The translations under genes were made by a program, and so were the position numbers. A stretch of 64,000 nucleotides of DNA from Octopus sinensis (taxonomy: Eukaryota), in the NCBI RefSeq assembly GCF_006345805.1, contig NC_043005.1:28706001-28770000 (forward strand), written 5' to 3'. Positions 26,921-41,722 of the stretch are shown here, piece by piece. Positions within the stretch are counted from its first letter, which is position 1, and each line of letters starts with the position of its first letter. The notes under the pieces are model-generated. The model was given only the letters and a program-made list of their open reading frames with translations, did not search any database and was not told the origin of the DNA.

Positions 26921-29095
26921 CATATCCTATATCAGCATTTTTGGGTTTTTTTAAAACTAACCCTCACACACTACTACTCATTAAAGAGTATTAAATCATC
27001 ACTGAAGCAGTGGCTGACACATCACTGTGTCAAACTGTATCCTCATCTGTTAGGATTCAGATTCTCTCTCTCTCTCTCTCTCATTGCCCCGAAATCAGTA
27101 TTCCCTTGTAACTATCTCTTCAGGTGGCTCAATAAGAATACCAATAATGGATCTCCATCAATTAAGAGGATGAATGATCAATTATCTCCCCCTCCCTCAA
27201 ATATGCAATCTCACTCAGTCAAGAGCACTTTTCCATATTTTCTTTCTTTTCATTGTCTTGCAAGTTACTAGTGCCAGTACACACTGTAAATTAGTTACGT
27301 CAGGAAGAGCATCAAGGCATAGGAACCATGCCAAAGCTGACATTGGGGCTGGCTGCAGCCCTGCAGCTAGTTAGGCCCTGTCAAACCATCCAACCCATGC
27401 CAGCATGGAAAACAGACATTAAATGATAGTGATGAATTAGCATGGAAGTGACTGAGTATTCCACAGACATGTGTACTTTTAATGAAATTCTCAGACAGAA
27501 TCAGTATTACACAGTGTATGACAAAAACTCGACCCTTAAGTTACAGGTACCAGGGACAGACCCAAGGGGGGAGGGAGGACTGAGGGGTACTGCCCCCTCC
27601 CTCAAGAAAAGAAGTGCACCCTTCTAAATAATGTTTTTACACCCTTTTCTCATAGAATTGTATTCCCTTCTGACCTTCAGAAAACTCTTGGGACTACACC
27701 TGGGTATAATCTATTTGATAGGTTTCTGAACAGTTTGCTTCACTTGGGCCAGTCAACTTGAAGCCTTAGTAAAAAAACGCTGGTCCCAGATGTTACACAG
27801 TAAGATTGAACCTAGAACATTTTCATTGCAAAGTGAACCCTTAACTAATAAGCTGTCCTGATACCTGTGTAATAAACTTCAAAAATTGGCTTCGGTAAGG
27901 AGACAGAATATACCTTAACTACTACTACTACTACCATTGTTGCTCTTATTCGTTTCTCTCTCCACCTCTTTTTGTTGCAAATCATCACGTAATAATTATT
28001 TACTACAGGATGGTAGATGGCAGAATTAGTAGAGTGACATTTAAAATACCTTGTAATAATTGATTATCTCTCTTTACATTCTGAGTTCAAATCCTGCCAC
28101 AGTCAACTTTGCCTTTCATTTCCTTCTCTCTCTTTCTTTTTCTTTTCTTTTTTTTAGGGTAGGGGCAATTAAATAAAATACCATTTAAATACAGAGGAGG
28201 AAATGTAATCATTTTACCCCACTCCTCTCAAATTTATGGTTCTGTGCTTATGCAAGACATTATTATTTTCAACATCAGATGAGCCCCACCACCACCACCA
28301 CCCTATGCAATATCTCTGACAGGATTTTTTAATTAAGTCAATGAAAAAATAAACCAAACATCTGTTTCTAATTACATAATTATGTATTTTGTGTAATGTA
28401 AACACATCCCAACACATATTTGTTTGCTCAGCCATACCCACCCCTATAAATCTATGTTTACCCTTCCACACCCTGTATTTACACTACCACATCCAATACT
28501 ATACATCCTTTCCACATATACACACACAACCACCTGACACATCTAAAATTAATACTCTTCCACTTTTAACTTAATTAACCCTGTTACTAATTATTTAAGT
28601 TTATTTATTTATCGTTATTGTTAATGATTTGTTTAATTTTGTTGTTATTAAATATTTCATTTTAATTAAGTTTTCTCGTTGCTATATCCAGCCTTCTACC
28701 CCAATTATCAACTGTGATCTTAACGACATGGCATTTCTGTTATTGGTCAACGCCATAACAAACCTTCTTGCAATTAGTAATCATTAAAAATCTGATTTGG
28801 TTATATTAGTACTAAATTCATTTTTATGAAGATATGTGTGCACATGTGTATCTTGTGTATGTGTGTATGACTGTGTTAAAAGTTAATTTATCAATGCAGT
28901 GACAGCTAAAATCTATGGATAAGGAAATTAATGTGTGTGTGTCTTCACATTTTAGTAGCTGAATCATTGTAGCTGTTAAAAATTATTCAGAATAATTAAA
29001 AATACTATATTAAAAGCTATTAGAAACGCTGTTAATTGATCCACTATTACTTTAATGTATTTGGTAATAAAATATATGAAAGTTTTTTCAAATGG

Positions 29096-29146
<51 letters not shown>

Positions 29147-29437
29147 TGTTCATAAGACATCTACAACTTGCTCAGAGACACTCTAATCCATTGTCTCAAT
29201 GAAACAGAGTATCAGGGAAAAAAACAGGTTCAGTGTATTAGAATATCAGTGAGCAGGTCTTAGATGTATAATGCAAAGACAATATAAAACTCAATAAATA
29301 TTGTCACAAACAAATAAAGTAAAAGAAATATATATAATAGTGTAGGTTTAATGTCTACTATGATTCTGGCATATATATGTGTGTGTGTGTGTATGTGTAT
29401 ATAGATGTATATATGTGTGTGTATGTGTATATATACA

Positions 29438-29469
<32 letters not shown>

Positions 29470-29509
29470 GATATATGATTGTATATATATACATGTATAT
29501 GTATGTATG

Positions 29510-29543
<34 letters not shown>

Positions 29544-32226
29544 TGCATAGACAGACACACATATGTGTTTTTCATTTGTTTTATTTTATCTGAAGGCTGC
29601 TCTATTCCTAGACTGGCTAACAACAACTGTGATGGTCTCAGACTATAATCAACTCTGTATAATTCACTATTATATATACACTCTCTCCTTCTTGTCTCTT
29701 TGTTGTTTTCATTTCCAAAGTTAAAAATATGAAAGGTGGGCAGAAATGTAGACTGTTGATATTTGTTATGTACAGAAGTTACACACACGCACACACACAC
29801 ACTTCTATATATGCATTATATATATATGTATATGAATCAAAGTATTCAGTATTATAGACCGATAGCAGCCAATTTTATCAATCAGTTTCACACAGGATAT
29901 TAGGTAATCAGACAATTATCACTAACTCTGCTCATCAGAGTTGACTGGCATACAAATACACACACACACACGCACACATGTAAAAAAAAATTCCATAGAA
30001 GAGCTTGATAAGGTTTGTTTGCTTGTATTGCAAAATTATTTGTTAGTAATCTAAGTAGAGCGTCTTTGTTTTATGTTGTTTTTCAACTCCCCACAACTAT
30101 TACTGTAATTATATAACCACACGAATGACACACCATAATTCTATAACTACATCAGCTACCACACATGCACATCATGACATCAGCACAATCAGATCGTTGG
30201 TTATTTGTGATTAAAACAAGTGCCAGAAGAGTAGAAGTTTCCAACAAGCCAACCTTGTGTCCTGGTTTCAATTTCACCTTGTAGCTGTTCCAAATATATA
30301 TATAATATTTCTTTATTTTATTCCCAAACCCTTCTATAAAGAAAAGCCATTAACATTACAACTTCTCATTTCACTTTGAATAATTTGAAGCTGTCTGTGT
30401 AAGAAAGCAGGTTGTTATTATTGCAGCCAGTAACAGAATCTGCAGAGCAACAACCAAAATAAAATACATTACTATATTTAATTATGTTTTATTACATTTT
30501 GAGTTCAGATCCTGACCCATTTCACTGAATATTTTATCCTTGGTGACAGTGAGGGTGAAGCATTTTCAATCACGTACTGGAGTTAATATAATTGATTATG
30601 ACCTTTCTTACAAAATGTATAGGTTTGTGCCAGCAGAAATGGTAGTGTTGGACTTAATGCCTTTTAGGATCAGCTGCCACTGAGCACTGTCCACTTATCA
30701 TTCTGAGACTTTCTGCCAAAGTTAGAAATTATTATTAATGTTGTTGTTGTTGTTATCATCCTCATCACCACCTTCATCATACATAGTTATGTTAAATAGC
30801 ATCTGTGTAGAACCATTTGTTGCAACTTGTAAGTCTGTATGTGAACACAACAAATGAGGATGGTGGTGATATCTAAATTAAAGGAATCTCTTGTCAAACT
30901 TGTAGGACAAGTTGTGATGTCTGAGTGTCTGCAGTCACTAAAACCAGTGAATTTGGGTAAAATTATAAATACTACTATAACTATTAATTATGATAATAAC
31001 AGTAATAAAAATTATAATGATGATGATAAATTAAAATTAGATAAACAAATGAAACTACTACACATTTTTAATGAAACACTACAACAAAACTAGCAAACAA
31101 AAGAAGTTCAAACTGGTTTTATATACAATTCCTGACAGTCTTTGGTGGGAAGAAGTAGTAGAAGAGGGTGGGGAGTTGCCTCAGGGTGGGTCAGATGGAA
31201 TGTATGCTTATAAGAATGAATGACTTCTGACAGAAAATTGCAAAATGATAAAGAAAAAAAAAAGATATATATCAATAAAAATATCTCTAAAAAAATAATA
31301 ATACTATTAATTAAACTAAAGATAAAAATTCAATATTCATTGACCTTCTTCTAGTTGCATGGCAAAGAGAGATACAATTATTTCCTGTTTGTTAAGTACT
31401 AACCTCAAATGACCGAAAAAATAAAAAAAATGTCTGTTAGTCTTCAATATATAATATAATATAAACATATATATATATATGTGTGTATATATATATATAT
31501 ATAATATAATATAATCGTATATATATGTATGTATGTATACATATGTATGTATCCATATGTATATATATAAATGTAAACGTGTGATACTTGTGTGTGTATA
31601 TGCTTGTGTGTGTGTGTATATATATATATATATTTATATATATTTATACATAAATATGTATACATGTGTATGTGTGTGTGTATATATATATATATGTATA
31701 TGTATAAATATGTGTATATGTATGTATAAATATATATATGTGTGTATATATGTATATACATGGGAAATGTATACATTTCGATATGTATGGGTATATAATG
31801 TAGACATTCACATATATACATTATATGTATATACTTACATATATCTGTATGTATATATGTATATGCTTATGTGTGTGTGTGTGTATATATATATATGTAT
31901 ATATATATTCATATATGTGTATATATATAATAAATATTTATTTTATTCCCCAACCCTTCTATAAATGTTATGTCTATCTATCGTAACAAGCTAATCTCCA
32001 TCCCCCACCCCCTCTTAAACATCAAACAAAATTTTGAAAAAATTTTTAAAAAGACAAAAAAAAATAAACATGAATAAACTGCTCCACCCCACCCTGCTCC
32101 CAACAAAAAAAACTTTTCATTGCATGTCCATCTTTCTGCTATTTTAATCTATTGTTACTGTTATTGTTATTATTATTATTATTGTTGTTGCTGTTGTTGT
32201 TATTCTCATCATCATCATCATCAACT

Positions 32227-32266
<40 letters not shown>

Positions 32267-32520
32267 TCCTACTACTACTACTACCTTTCACAAAATAATT
32301 TTCTCTTTTTTTTTTATTCCATCAAATTAAGGAAACAGAAATTCAATAATTATATTTATTGTTGTTTATTTTTTTCTTTTTGTTATGTTATTTTTTGTTG
32401 TTATTTTCTATTTTATTTCATAATAATTGGGTTTTTTTTCTTCTGTTCTTTTCATTTTTTGACTTACATATACACATGCTCACACACAAACACACACGAG
32501 TATGTGTATTCAAGTATGTA

Positions 32521-32572
<52 letters not shown>

Positions 32573-32956
32573 TAATGTTTACATGCATTCAAACTATATA
32601 TTATAAATAACACCACAAAATACTAGATCAAAATGAGTGTTTTTCCCCTGATTTGCTGCAGTAGAGTTTGTCTAAGTTTCCTAAATAGTTGCATTCCTTT
32701 TCACTATATAGAGACAGACAGATAGTGAGGCACTGTTCTGTCAGTTTTAACCTTTTTTTTTTTTTAGAGAACTTTCTCATTCCTCCTTCCAGCTATGGTT
32801 CATCAATTTAAAGATATCTTCACAAAAGAAACAAACTTGACCAGTTGACCACTAGCTACAACATACATACACATGCTTAGGACATTATTTGGGGCAGCTT
32901 TTTCCCTTTTTTTCTTATTCTTTTTAATGGTATGAAAATGGTCACACATGATGATG

Positions 32957-32996
<40 letters not shown>

Positions 32997-33835
32997 GGGG
33001 ATTACAGAATACCTTGTGGGTTTCATTTGACAACAAAACTTTGAGAATTGCATATTACATACAAACGTGTGTGTGTGTGCGTGCGTGTGTGGTGTATGTA
33101 AATATGTGTGCATTTATGTATGTGTGTAAATATATTTATATACATGAAATTAGTAAAGCTGAATTTATTAATTACGATAAAATATGTGCTCAAAATTATT
33201 GTATAATGATAATAACAAAAAATATATTTGTTCCTATGTAATTATATGTGTGAGTGTGTGTGGGTCTCAATATATTTAAAATGTTCTTTACGTCTTTTTT
33301 TTTTATAACTTCATTAATCACACACACACACACACATGTATACAAATACAAACATTTATATGCACACATAAACTTATACATCTAAGATATACAAATTACA
33401 CTTTTGTTGACATTTTAGAAGATTAAGTTTTATCTCTTCAGTTGTACTTCAGAAGATTCTCACAAAATTACATCAATGTTTGCATATTTACTCTCTATTA
33501 CTTCTCTTTCGTTTCTGCTCCAAACTATAAACCCTTGCTCCCCAATGCTGCCTGTGGAGTGCCAATTGAGAGCAGGCATCAATGCTATTTCTCTCTCTCT
33601 CTCACACATACACACACACACACACACGTCGACTCATCAGTAATGTCTGCTTAACTATTTCAATACCCTGAGATCATAATTATTATGATCTCAAACTATA
33701 TATTTCATGTCAAAATTATTTATTTAATCAACGCCACTAATTATTATTATCATTATTGTTATTATTATTATTGGTTTGTTTTTGTTAATTTCTCATAATG
33801 TATATTTTAGTTATGATAATAATAACAATAATGAC

Positions 33836-33875
<40 letters not shown>

Positions 33876-33917
33876 CCTCATCATCATTCTGTTCTATTTT
33901 TCAGAATTCTTTATTTC

Positions 33918-33957
<40 letters not shown>

Positions 33958-33960
33958 CAC

Positions 33961-33994
<34 letters not shown>

Positions 33995-35299
33995 GTGTAT
34001 ATATATATATATATATATGCATACACATGCACACACACACACACATATATATATGCATGTGTGTATTGGTATGTATGTGTATGCATGTCACATATATACA
34101 CGCATTAGCAAATACACATTTTTCATATTCAAAAGAGAAACAAAAAAAAACAAATTTTTCCATTGCTAATTCAATAATTGTTTCTTTTTTTTAAAACTTT
34201 TTTTCCTCCAAGCGGTGTGAGGTGGAGGGGGGTTACAAATCTACGTTTGCTCCCCCTTCTTGCCTTCCCTTCCCATTCCTCGTTTGTCTGACATCATTGT
34301 TCTCATCCCTATTAAAACAGCTCTTTAAGCTCACTGAAAAAAAAATTGTCTGCAATACAACCACAGCCGTTGCACCAGTACATAATTCTTGCTGACCCTC
34401 CCCACTTCTTTATCTCTCTCTCTTTCCCTTTCTGTCTTTCACATTCTAAATATATAGTTAGAATCTTTATTCTTCTTTCCTCACACTCTCCTTCCTTCCT
34501 ACTCTTTTTCTTTCTTGCACCCCATTTTTCCCCCTTTTCCTTTATATATTAATGGATTTGAACAATTGAAAATAGCACTGGGATGTCTTAAAAATATTTC
34601 TAAACTATTGAATTGCAGAAATTTTTTCTTCCAAGTTTAAAACGGTGTATCAGGATTTTTTGAGATTCAGAAAAACTCTGCAAAGTTGCTTGCTTCTGTG
34701 CAGATTTCTGTGCTCAGAATACCCTGCATCCAACTTCATTTGGACTGTGATTTCTGTACAATTCAGTAAGTTTGTTTTTAGGAATGTGTATGTTTAACAC
34801 ATAAACAAAAATAGTTTTTTTTTTGTTCGTTTCTTATTTTATTTTTCAAATTTGCTATCATTGCTGAATGCAAATGCTGGTTGTTTTTGCAGACAGATGA
34901 ACCACACTAGCAGACTCTCAGGAGGCTGACCTTTGACTAATGCAACACAATATTTGGTTAGTGACCCCTAGCAGTGTTATATACCACAAGAACTTAATTG
35001 AAATTATTCATTGGCTGATTTTGGGTAGAAAAATAAACAAAAAAAGTTATTTGCTCAGAATTTGACATCATAAAAATAAAATATACATATATAAATATAT
35101 ATTTATAATATATACATCCGTACATATACACCTGTATGTATGCATGTATGTATTCTATTCCAAAATTGGCCAGTGTTATCAGTGCATATAAAATGCATTT
35201 AGAAAAACAACTGTCTTTATTATTCTCCTTAAGTGAGACAAAAAGTACAATAAACATACATACATTCAATGATCTGTTATTATAGATACACATTTGATA

Positions 35300-35359
<60 letters not shown>

Positions 35360-36388
35360 TATACATATATTTATGTATGCATACACATATATATAATTAT
35401 ATATACATGTGTGTATATATATATATATACATATATATATAATTATGTATATGCATATATATATATATAATGAAATTACATTGTGTAAATGGCATACTGA
35501 GCTGTTTTAAGAAGAGATAATTTATTTTGTTAATCCTGATACCTTAATCCTGGAATATTTAAAAATCTCTATGTTTTTGCTCTGTGTTTTCATGTAATAA
35601 AATTTTGAATGTCTCCTCCTGGTTTCCTGAAAATTTTATTTAAAGCATTTTTTAAAATAAGTTTTTTATTTTCTTTTTCCGTTTCTTCTTTTGTAATTTT
35701 TTAATTATCCTAAATGACAAAACAAAAATCAAGCAAAATTGAAAAAGAACAATTGTGAAACCCCTGAAAATGTACTATAACCAGTCTCCTCCTTTACTTC
35801 ATCACTGAAGTTTGACTTTTCAGATACAGAGGATAAGTCACCATTACAAGTTTAGTTAAAAAATCTATTAACCATGCAAATATTTCAATATTTTTGAACC
35901 TTCCTCATCCTAATCTGATCTAAACATCCACCTGACCCTTCCCGCCAGTTTTTGCTATCACAAAATCTGAGCATGTACTATTTATCAGGCTATATCTATA
36001 TAGCTGTTAATATTTTCTCTTGTTTTAATACATTCAAGATCATTTGTAAACTATTTGTGGGCCACATATGCATAATGCTTTTAAAATCTAATAATTTTCT
36101 TTCAAATTTCTCTCAAATACCATCACTTGTATGTAATATTTATAAAAAGAAACAAGCATAATTTTTTCCTGCTCCATAAAACTCTCTTTCCCTGACTGTA
36201 AAAAAACCCAAAAAACACTCAAAATGGCAACCACATTTTCCACTCCAGTTTTATTATTTTTCACTGTTGTGAATATATATGTGTAGGTGTTCTTACATCT
36301 TCTGATGTTTATAATACCTGCTTTTTCTTTCATCTGGTTATCATGTAGGCAACACACTAGTCCTGCACCGCAATATTAGAAAGCTGTC

Positions 36389-36540
36389 ATTGGCCAAATA
36401 TATGAAAGCTAATGCCATTGATTGAAAATAAGAAATATATTACCAATGGTCAAATATATGAAAGCTGATGCCATTAGTTAAATCTAAGAAATATATTGCC
36501 ATTGGTTAAATATAGGAAATGTATTGCTATTGGTTAAATA
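36389..36540. repeat. Degenerate ~28-bp minisatellite containing ATTGG/CCAAT
   Basis: Repeats of (g)ccattggttaaatatatgaaa. Confidence 0.7.
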
Positions 36541-36869
36541 CATACTCCAGTTAATTAATCATCTCTAGATTGGTTATATGTGGCTCACATTCTAGAACAA
36601 TCATTTATCGCAAAAAGAAATAAAACTACAATCATGATATTAATACAAGCCTTCTTAAATATATATTGCTCAACGCACATTAATATCACTTAGAGGTCTG
36701 GTACAAAACAACACATTATTGGCAGAATGTTTGCTGAAATGTTATGTATAGGATTCATATTTGAGATATATTTTTATGGCTATACCTTAGACTTCAGTTA
36801 TTTGTTATGAACAAGTAATCATTTTATTCTTCTGCTTAAAAAATGTGCATACAAATTAGGAATCTATGA

Positions 36870-37245
36870 AAATTGGTTTGGGGGTTGAAAATGCAGCTAG
36901 TCTTAAAACAAATTGTTTTTTTTTAATTTTCTTAAAATTTATTAAAATACTATACCAGTTTCAACCATTTTTCTTTTCTTTCAAGGTTACATAAACTTTA
37001 CTAAACACTTCAATTTTCAGCCTATAATTTTGTTATGAAACCTATTGAACATTTGAGTTTTGAGCATGTTTTGTTGCTATAAAACCTTTTTCTCTGCATT
37101 TTCTTTTCTTTTAAATACAAGCCTTATTTTTTATTTATGATTGAAAAACAAAGAATCGTTGAAACCAGGGTGGTATTTTGTGAAATCTAAAAAAGAACTA
37201 CAATTCCTTTCAAGATCCCAATGCATTTTCAACCCCAAAACCAAG
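36870..37245. mobile_element. Decayed foldback/MITE-like element
   Basis: ttggtttgggggttgaaaatgca...tttcaacc...ctttcaa (36870-36985) is inverted at ttgaaa...gttgaaacc...tgcattttcaaccccaaaaccaa (37141-37245). Confidence 0.55.
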
Positions 37246-37729
37246 CTGAATGTGTATAGGCATGTGTGTATTTTGAAAAAGGTGTTCAGAATTTTGTATA
37301 ATTCTTTATTAGTGCTTTTGTCTCATTCATGGAGACTCCTCAGATATCAGTTTTACAGAAAATTTCTTCGCCTTTTATCCAAATCCTGAAAAGAATGTCT
37401 TTTTTTTGTTCTATGTGTATATATAGAAAGAGGAAAGAAGGAAAGGAAGACAGAAAAAAAGAGTGTTTTTTTTTCTTCTTTTTTTCTCCTATGAGATGGC
37501 TTTTATTGTTATATTTTGGAGTGGTCTCTGGTTTGTAGTTTTTTCACAGGTGACTGATGTTAAATGACATTTTAAAATGTCAATTTTGATTTTTGGAAAG
37601 AGAAAGGAAGATAGAGAACAGTGCTTCTTTTCAATTGTTTTGTATGGATGTGGTGGTCAGCCTGTTGAAGTTTAATTCCAATTCAAGATATCAACTTTGA
37701 TTTAGTCATTGTTTTTGAAAGCATTCAGA

Positions 37730-38115
37730 ATGAAGGACTGTGGATACAGCAGATGTGGACCATGTAGCAACAACAACTTCAAATATTTGGACAGTGGTTC
37801 CCACATAAAATTTGAAAGCAAATTCTCCTTCTAAACAAATAAAGATATGAACAAGACACAGAACCTCATATACTGCATCCCAAGTGCAAGGAAAATTATA
37901 TTAATGAAACCGACAATTCTCTTTGCCAACATGCAAGAATCTGCAGACAGCAACTAAAGGAATTATGCAATATTCTACTGAGGAAGAATCTGGAAATATG
38001 TGAAAATGGCAAATTCAAGATTTTTCCCTTCTACAAATAAATGACCAAGAGATGACTCAAAGTTTCAAAAGACAATGAAACTATATTTTATCAAAAAATT
38101 ATCAACAAAATAAAA
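37730..38115 (+). pseudogene. Decayed GIY-YIG endonuclease with upstream Cys finger (Neptune-like PLE)
   Basis: KDCGYSRCGPC...MNKTQNLIYCI / CKENYINETDNSL...RQQL...ICENGKFKIFPFYK...E.IF, with stops and frameshifts. Confidence 0.75.
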
Positions 38116-39131
38116 CATTTGACAGAAAAGCAATGCCAAATACACTCTTTGAAATTGAACAAGTCATAGACACTACCTTACATAGTTAACTTATACAGGT
38201 ACTGTACCTTGCTAACTTTTCCTGAAAATATGGTCAAAGTGAAATAATCAAATGCAAGTATTGAATACTGCAGTTTGACCCTCTACAAGTGTATCATTTT
38301 GTATGAAATTAATCAACATTGGAACAAGTATAAACTGGACTTGGACATTTTGGATTTCTTTCATATTTTATAATTATAACTGTTCTTGGTTAAGAATCAC
38401 TTTTTCAATCCTCGACTAACACTCAAAACACCTTGGCAGTATAAAATATATATGCATATATACACTTGTGTGCATATGTGAGTGTGTGTGCACATATGAT
38501 AGTTAGGATGTACATATGCAATGTGTATATGTATAATATGTGTGTGTGTGTGCGTGAATATGTAGATGGGTGAATAGATGTGTATGCATGCTCATATATG
38601 TATATATGCATACATATTGGGTGTATTGTGTGAGTGTATGTATGTGCATATTTACAAACATGTTAATATGTATATAAGAGAAGGCGAGACAGATGTTTTC
38701 AAAAGCAATGACTGAATCAAAGTTGACATCTTGAATTGGAATTAAACTTCAACAGGCTGACCACCACATCCATACAAAACAATTGGAAAGAAGTAACTTT
38801 CTCTTTGTCTTTCTTACTCTTTCCCAGAAACAAAATTGACATCTTGAAATGTCATTTAACATCAGCCACCTATGAAAAAAACCTACAAACCAGAGACCAT
38901 CCACAAATATAACAATAAAAGCCATCTCACAGGAAAAAAAAAAGTAACCACTTTCTCTCTTACTTTCTTCCTCCTTTCTTTCTTTTTGCTTTCTTTTCTC
39001 TTTTTTGTCTTCCTCTCCTCCCTTCTTGCTTCTTTTCTCTTTCTATAAACACATGCATATAACAAAACAAAACAAAAAAAAGACATTCTTTTCAGGATTT
39101 GTATAAAAAGCAAAGAAATTTTCTGTAAAAC

Positions 39132-39175
39132 TTATATCTGAGGAGTCTCCATAGATGAGACGAAAGCATTAATAA
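39132..39175 (+). ncRNA. Minimal type I hammerhead ribozyme (family B); inverted, mutated copy at 37306-37347
   Basis: tat CTGAGGA gtctc catagat gagac GAAA gcat TA ata. Intact core and perfect 5-bp stem II; stem I is very short. Confidence 0.75.
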
Positions 39176-39330
39176 AGAATTATACAAAATTCTGACCACC
39201 TCCTTTTTCTTAATATATAAAATCTTTACATAACTTCAAACAACCTATACATATATACGTATATATATATGTATAAATAATGTGTATGTGTATACATACA
39301 TATATGAGTGTGTGTGTGTATTTATATAAT

Positions 39331-39490
39331 TAATGAGAAAGATGGAAGATACGAGAATCTTTATTGATCACAACAATCATTTCAACCCATCTAGCATCAA
39401 TCCCTTGTGGGTGGGATACTACACAACTGGTTTAGGTGTATTGCTCAGTGTAGATGTTTCTTCTCAGGTGATTTCAAGAGGTATCTCATT
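39331..39490 (-). mobile_element. HHR-family-C pLTR-like repeat (minus copy)
   Basis: Minus strand: atcac CTGAGAA gaaacatcta...tagatgggtt GAAA tgattgtt gtgat caataaag. Diverged inverted counterpart at 42100-42270. Confidence 0.65.
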
Positions 39491-39790
39491 AAAATAAACT
39501 ATTTCACACAACTTATTATTGCATGTTTTCTTGGTTTTCATAGATAGAAATGGCAAAATCACAGATACTGCTTCTTTCTTAGAGAAGATTAATAACAATA
39601 ATCAGATACAAAAGGAAACAAAATACAGCCAAAAAATTTATTATTTATATACCGTTTGTAGATATGGATGTGCAAACACCCACACATACATGGTCTGGTG
39701 CATGTACACATGGTCATACAAATGCACACTCACATACAAACACACATACAAACACACACACACACATGGTCTGGTGCACACAGAATTAAG

Positions 39791-41722
39791 GGTTAATATA
39801 GGGCGTAACAAATATCAGAAAATCAAAAAAAAATGTGTGTAATAGGTGTAAAACAACTTCCTATGAACGAATATGAAAAAAAAAATTCGCGCACGCGAAA
39901 GGGGGGTGGGGGAGAGGCCTCGGAAAATTCACATCGTGAAGTTCCGAAAGCGTCTGAGGGGCTGACCCGGGCACCAAAACAAAAAAAAAATAGTGTAATA
40001 TGTGTAAAACAACTTGCTCTAAACGAATATGAAAAAAAAATGCGCTCTCGAGAAAGAGGGGTGGGGGAGAGGCCTCGGAATATTTATATCGGGAATTTCC
40101 GAAAGCGTCTGAACCGGGCACAAAAACAAAAACAAAAACAGCGTAATAGGTGTAAAACAACTTGCTCTAAACGACTATCATGAAAAAAATGCGCGCTCGC
40201 GAAAGGGGGGTGGGGGAGAGGCTTCGGAAATTTCACATCTTCAGTCCACGGCCTTTAAACTAAGAAAAAATAGTGTAATTGGTGTAAAACTACTAGTTCT
40301 AAACGAGTATCAAGAACACACACTCCACTGAATCATAAACTCCGTATTTCGCAAAAAAAAAAAATAAAGAGAAGAAATTCTGGAAAAAGTGAAGAAATGT
40401 TGGATCTCCGCCATGTGAATCAAAATACGTGTCAGAAACATCTTGAAATACTACAGAAATTATGTTACGAAAATGATAATGTATACATACCTCTTTGAGT
40501 GGTCCATCGATAATGATGATAAAGAAATGAGTTGGATTTGAACTCAGAATATTGACTAACACAACTACATACTACAAGACTCAAAATATTCAGCCAAGTC
40601 ACCACCCTTTAACTAGCAATAATAATACATCAATAACATAAGCCCAAAAGATTTATTTGTTCTGAAAATAACAATCATAGTAAATAAATGTTCTTTAATA
40701 TTCACATTCATGTGCACAGTTAAACACACTTACATACAAACAGTCACGCATGCATAATACAGAACGGAACACATAAATGAAGGATGCATTACTTAGTATA
40801 TATTACATCTAGAGAATTTTGATTAATAAGTCAAATATGCAAATTATAAAGATAATTAATTGCTTTACTAAACAGTGTTGTAAAGGTGAAAGAATAAATT
40901 TGGGAAAAAAATACACGCCAAAACTAATTAATAAAGGATAATTAGGGAAGGATTGACACAAAATAATAATTTTTTCTGTCTCTTTTTTTCTGATAAATGC
41001 ATCTTAATAAGTGAGAAGAATTGCATATATCTGAACTATTTCAAAGAAAAGCATAAATTTAATGTTTAAAATAGCTTTAACCAAGGAATGAGATCCAACA
41101 TTTCTTCACTTTTTCCAGAATTTCTTCTCTTTATTTTTTTTTTTTTTTTGCGAAATACGGAGTTTATGATTCATGTGTGAGTGTGTGTTCTTGATACTCG
41201 TTTAGAACTAGTAGTTTTACACCAATTACACTATTTTTTCTTAGTTTAAAGGCCGTGGACTGAAGATGTGAAATTTCCGAAGCCTCTCCCCCACCCCCCT
41301 TTCGCGAGCGCGCATTTTTTTCATGATAGTCGTTTAGAGCAAGTTGTTTTACACCTATTACGCTGTTTTTGTTTTTGTTTTTGTTTTTGTGCCCGGTTCA
41401 GACGCTTTCGGAAATTCCCGATATAAATATTCCGAGGCCTCTCCCCCACCCCTCTTTCTCGAGAGCGCATTTTTTTTTTCATATTCGTTTAGAGCAAGTT
41501 GTTTTACACATATTACACTATTTTTTTTTTTGTTTTGGTGCCCGGGTCAGCCCCTCAGACGCTTTCGGAACTTCCCGATGTGAATTTTCCGAGGCATCTC
41601 CCCCACCCCCCTTTCGCGTGCGCAAATTTTTTTTTTCATATTCGTTCATAGGAAGTTGTTTTACACCTATTACACACATTTTTTTTTTGATTTTCTGATA
41701 TTTGTTACGCCCTATATTAACC
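39791..41722. mobile_element. Young non-autonomous foldback DNA transposon (Merlin-like) with ~620-bp TIRs and 8-bp TSD
   Basis: GAATTAAG|GGTTAATATAGGGCG ... CGCCCTATATTAACC|GAATTAAG. TIRs at 39791-40408 and 41090-41722 are nearly identical, each with three ~150-bp subrepeats. Confidence 0.9.

Larger units (their letters stand above)
37281..39201 (+). mobile_element. 5'-truncated Penelope-like element: inverted pLTR, GIY-YIG remnant, pLTR
   Basis: ~450-500-bp inverted repeats at 37281-37724 and 38693-39201 enclose a decayed endonuclease. Each repeat has an HHR near its outer end. Confidence 0.85.

Noticed and set aside
33580-33646. CTGATGA...GAAA on the minus strand as another hammerhead
   Set aside because: The intervening sequence is CA/CT microsatellite with no stem II and no proper UH site.
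33664-33694. taccctgagatcataatt resembling miR-10/miR-125
   Set aside because: It is only an ~11-bp palindrome with a tiny loop, lacks pre-miRNA geometry and has several mismatches to the mature sequence.
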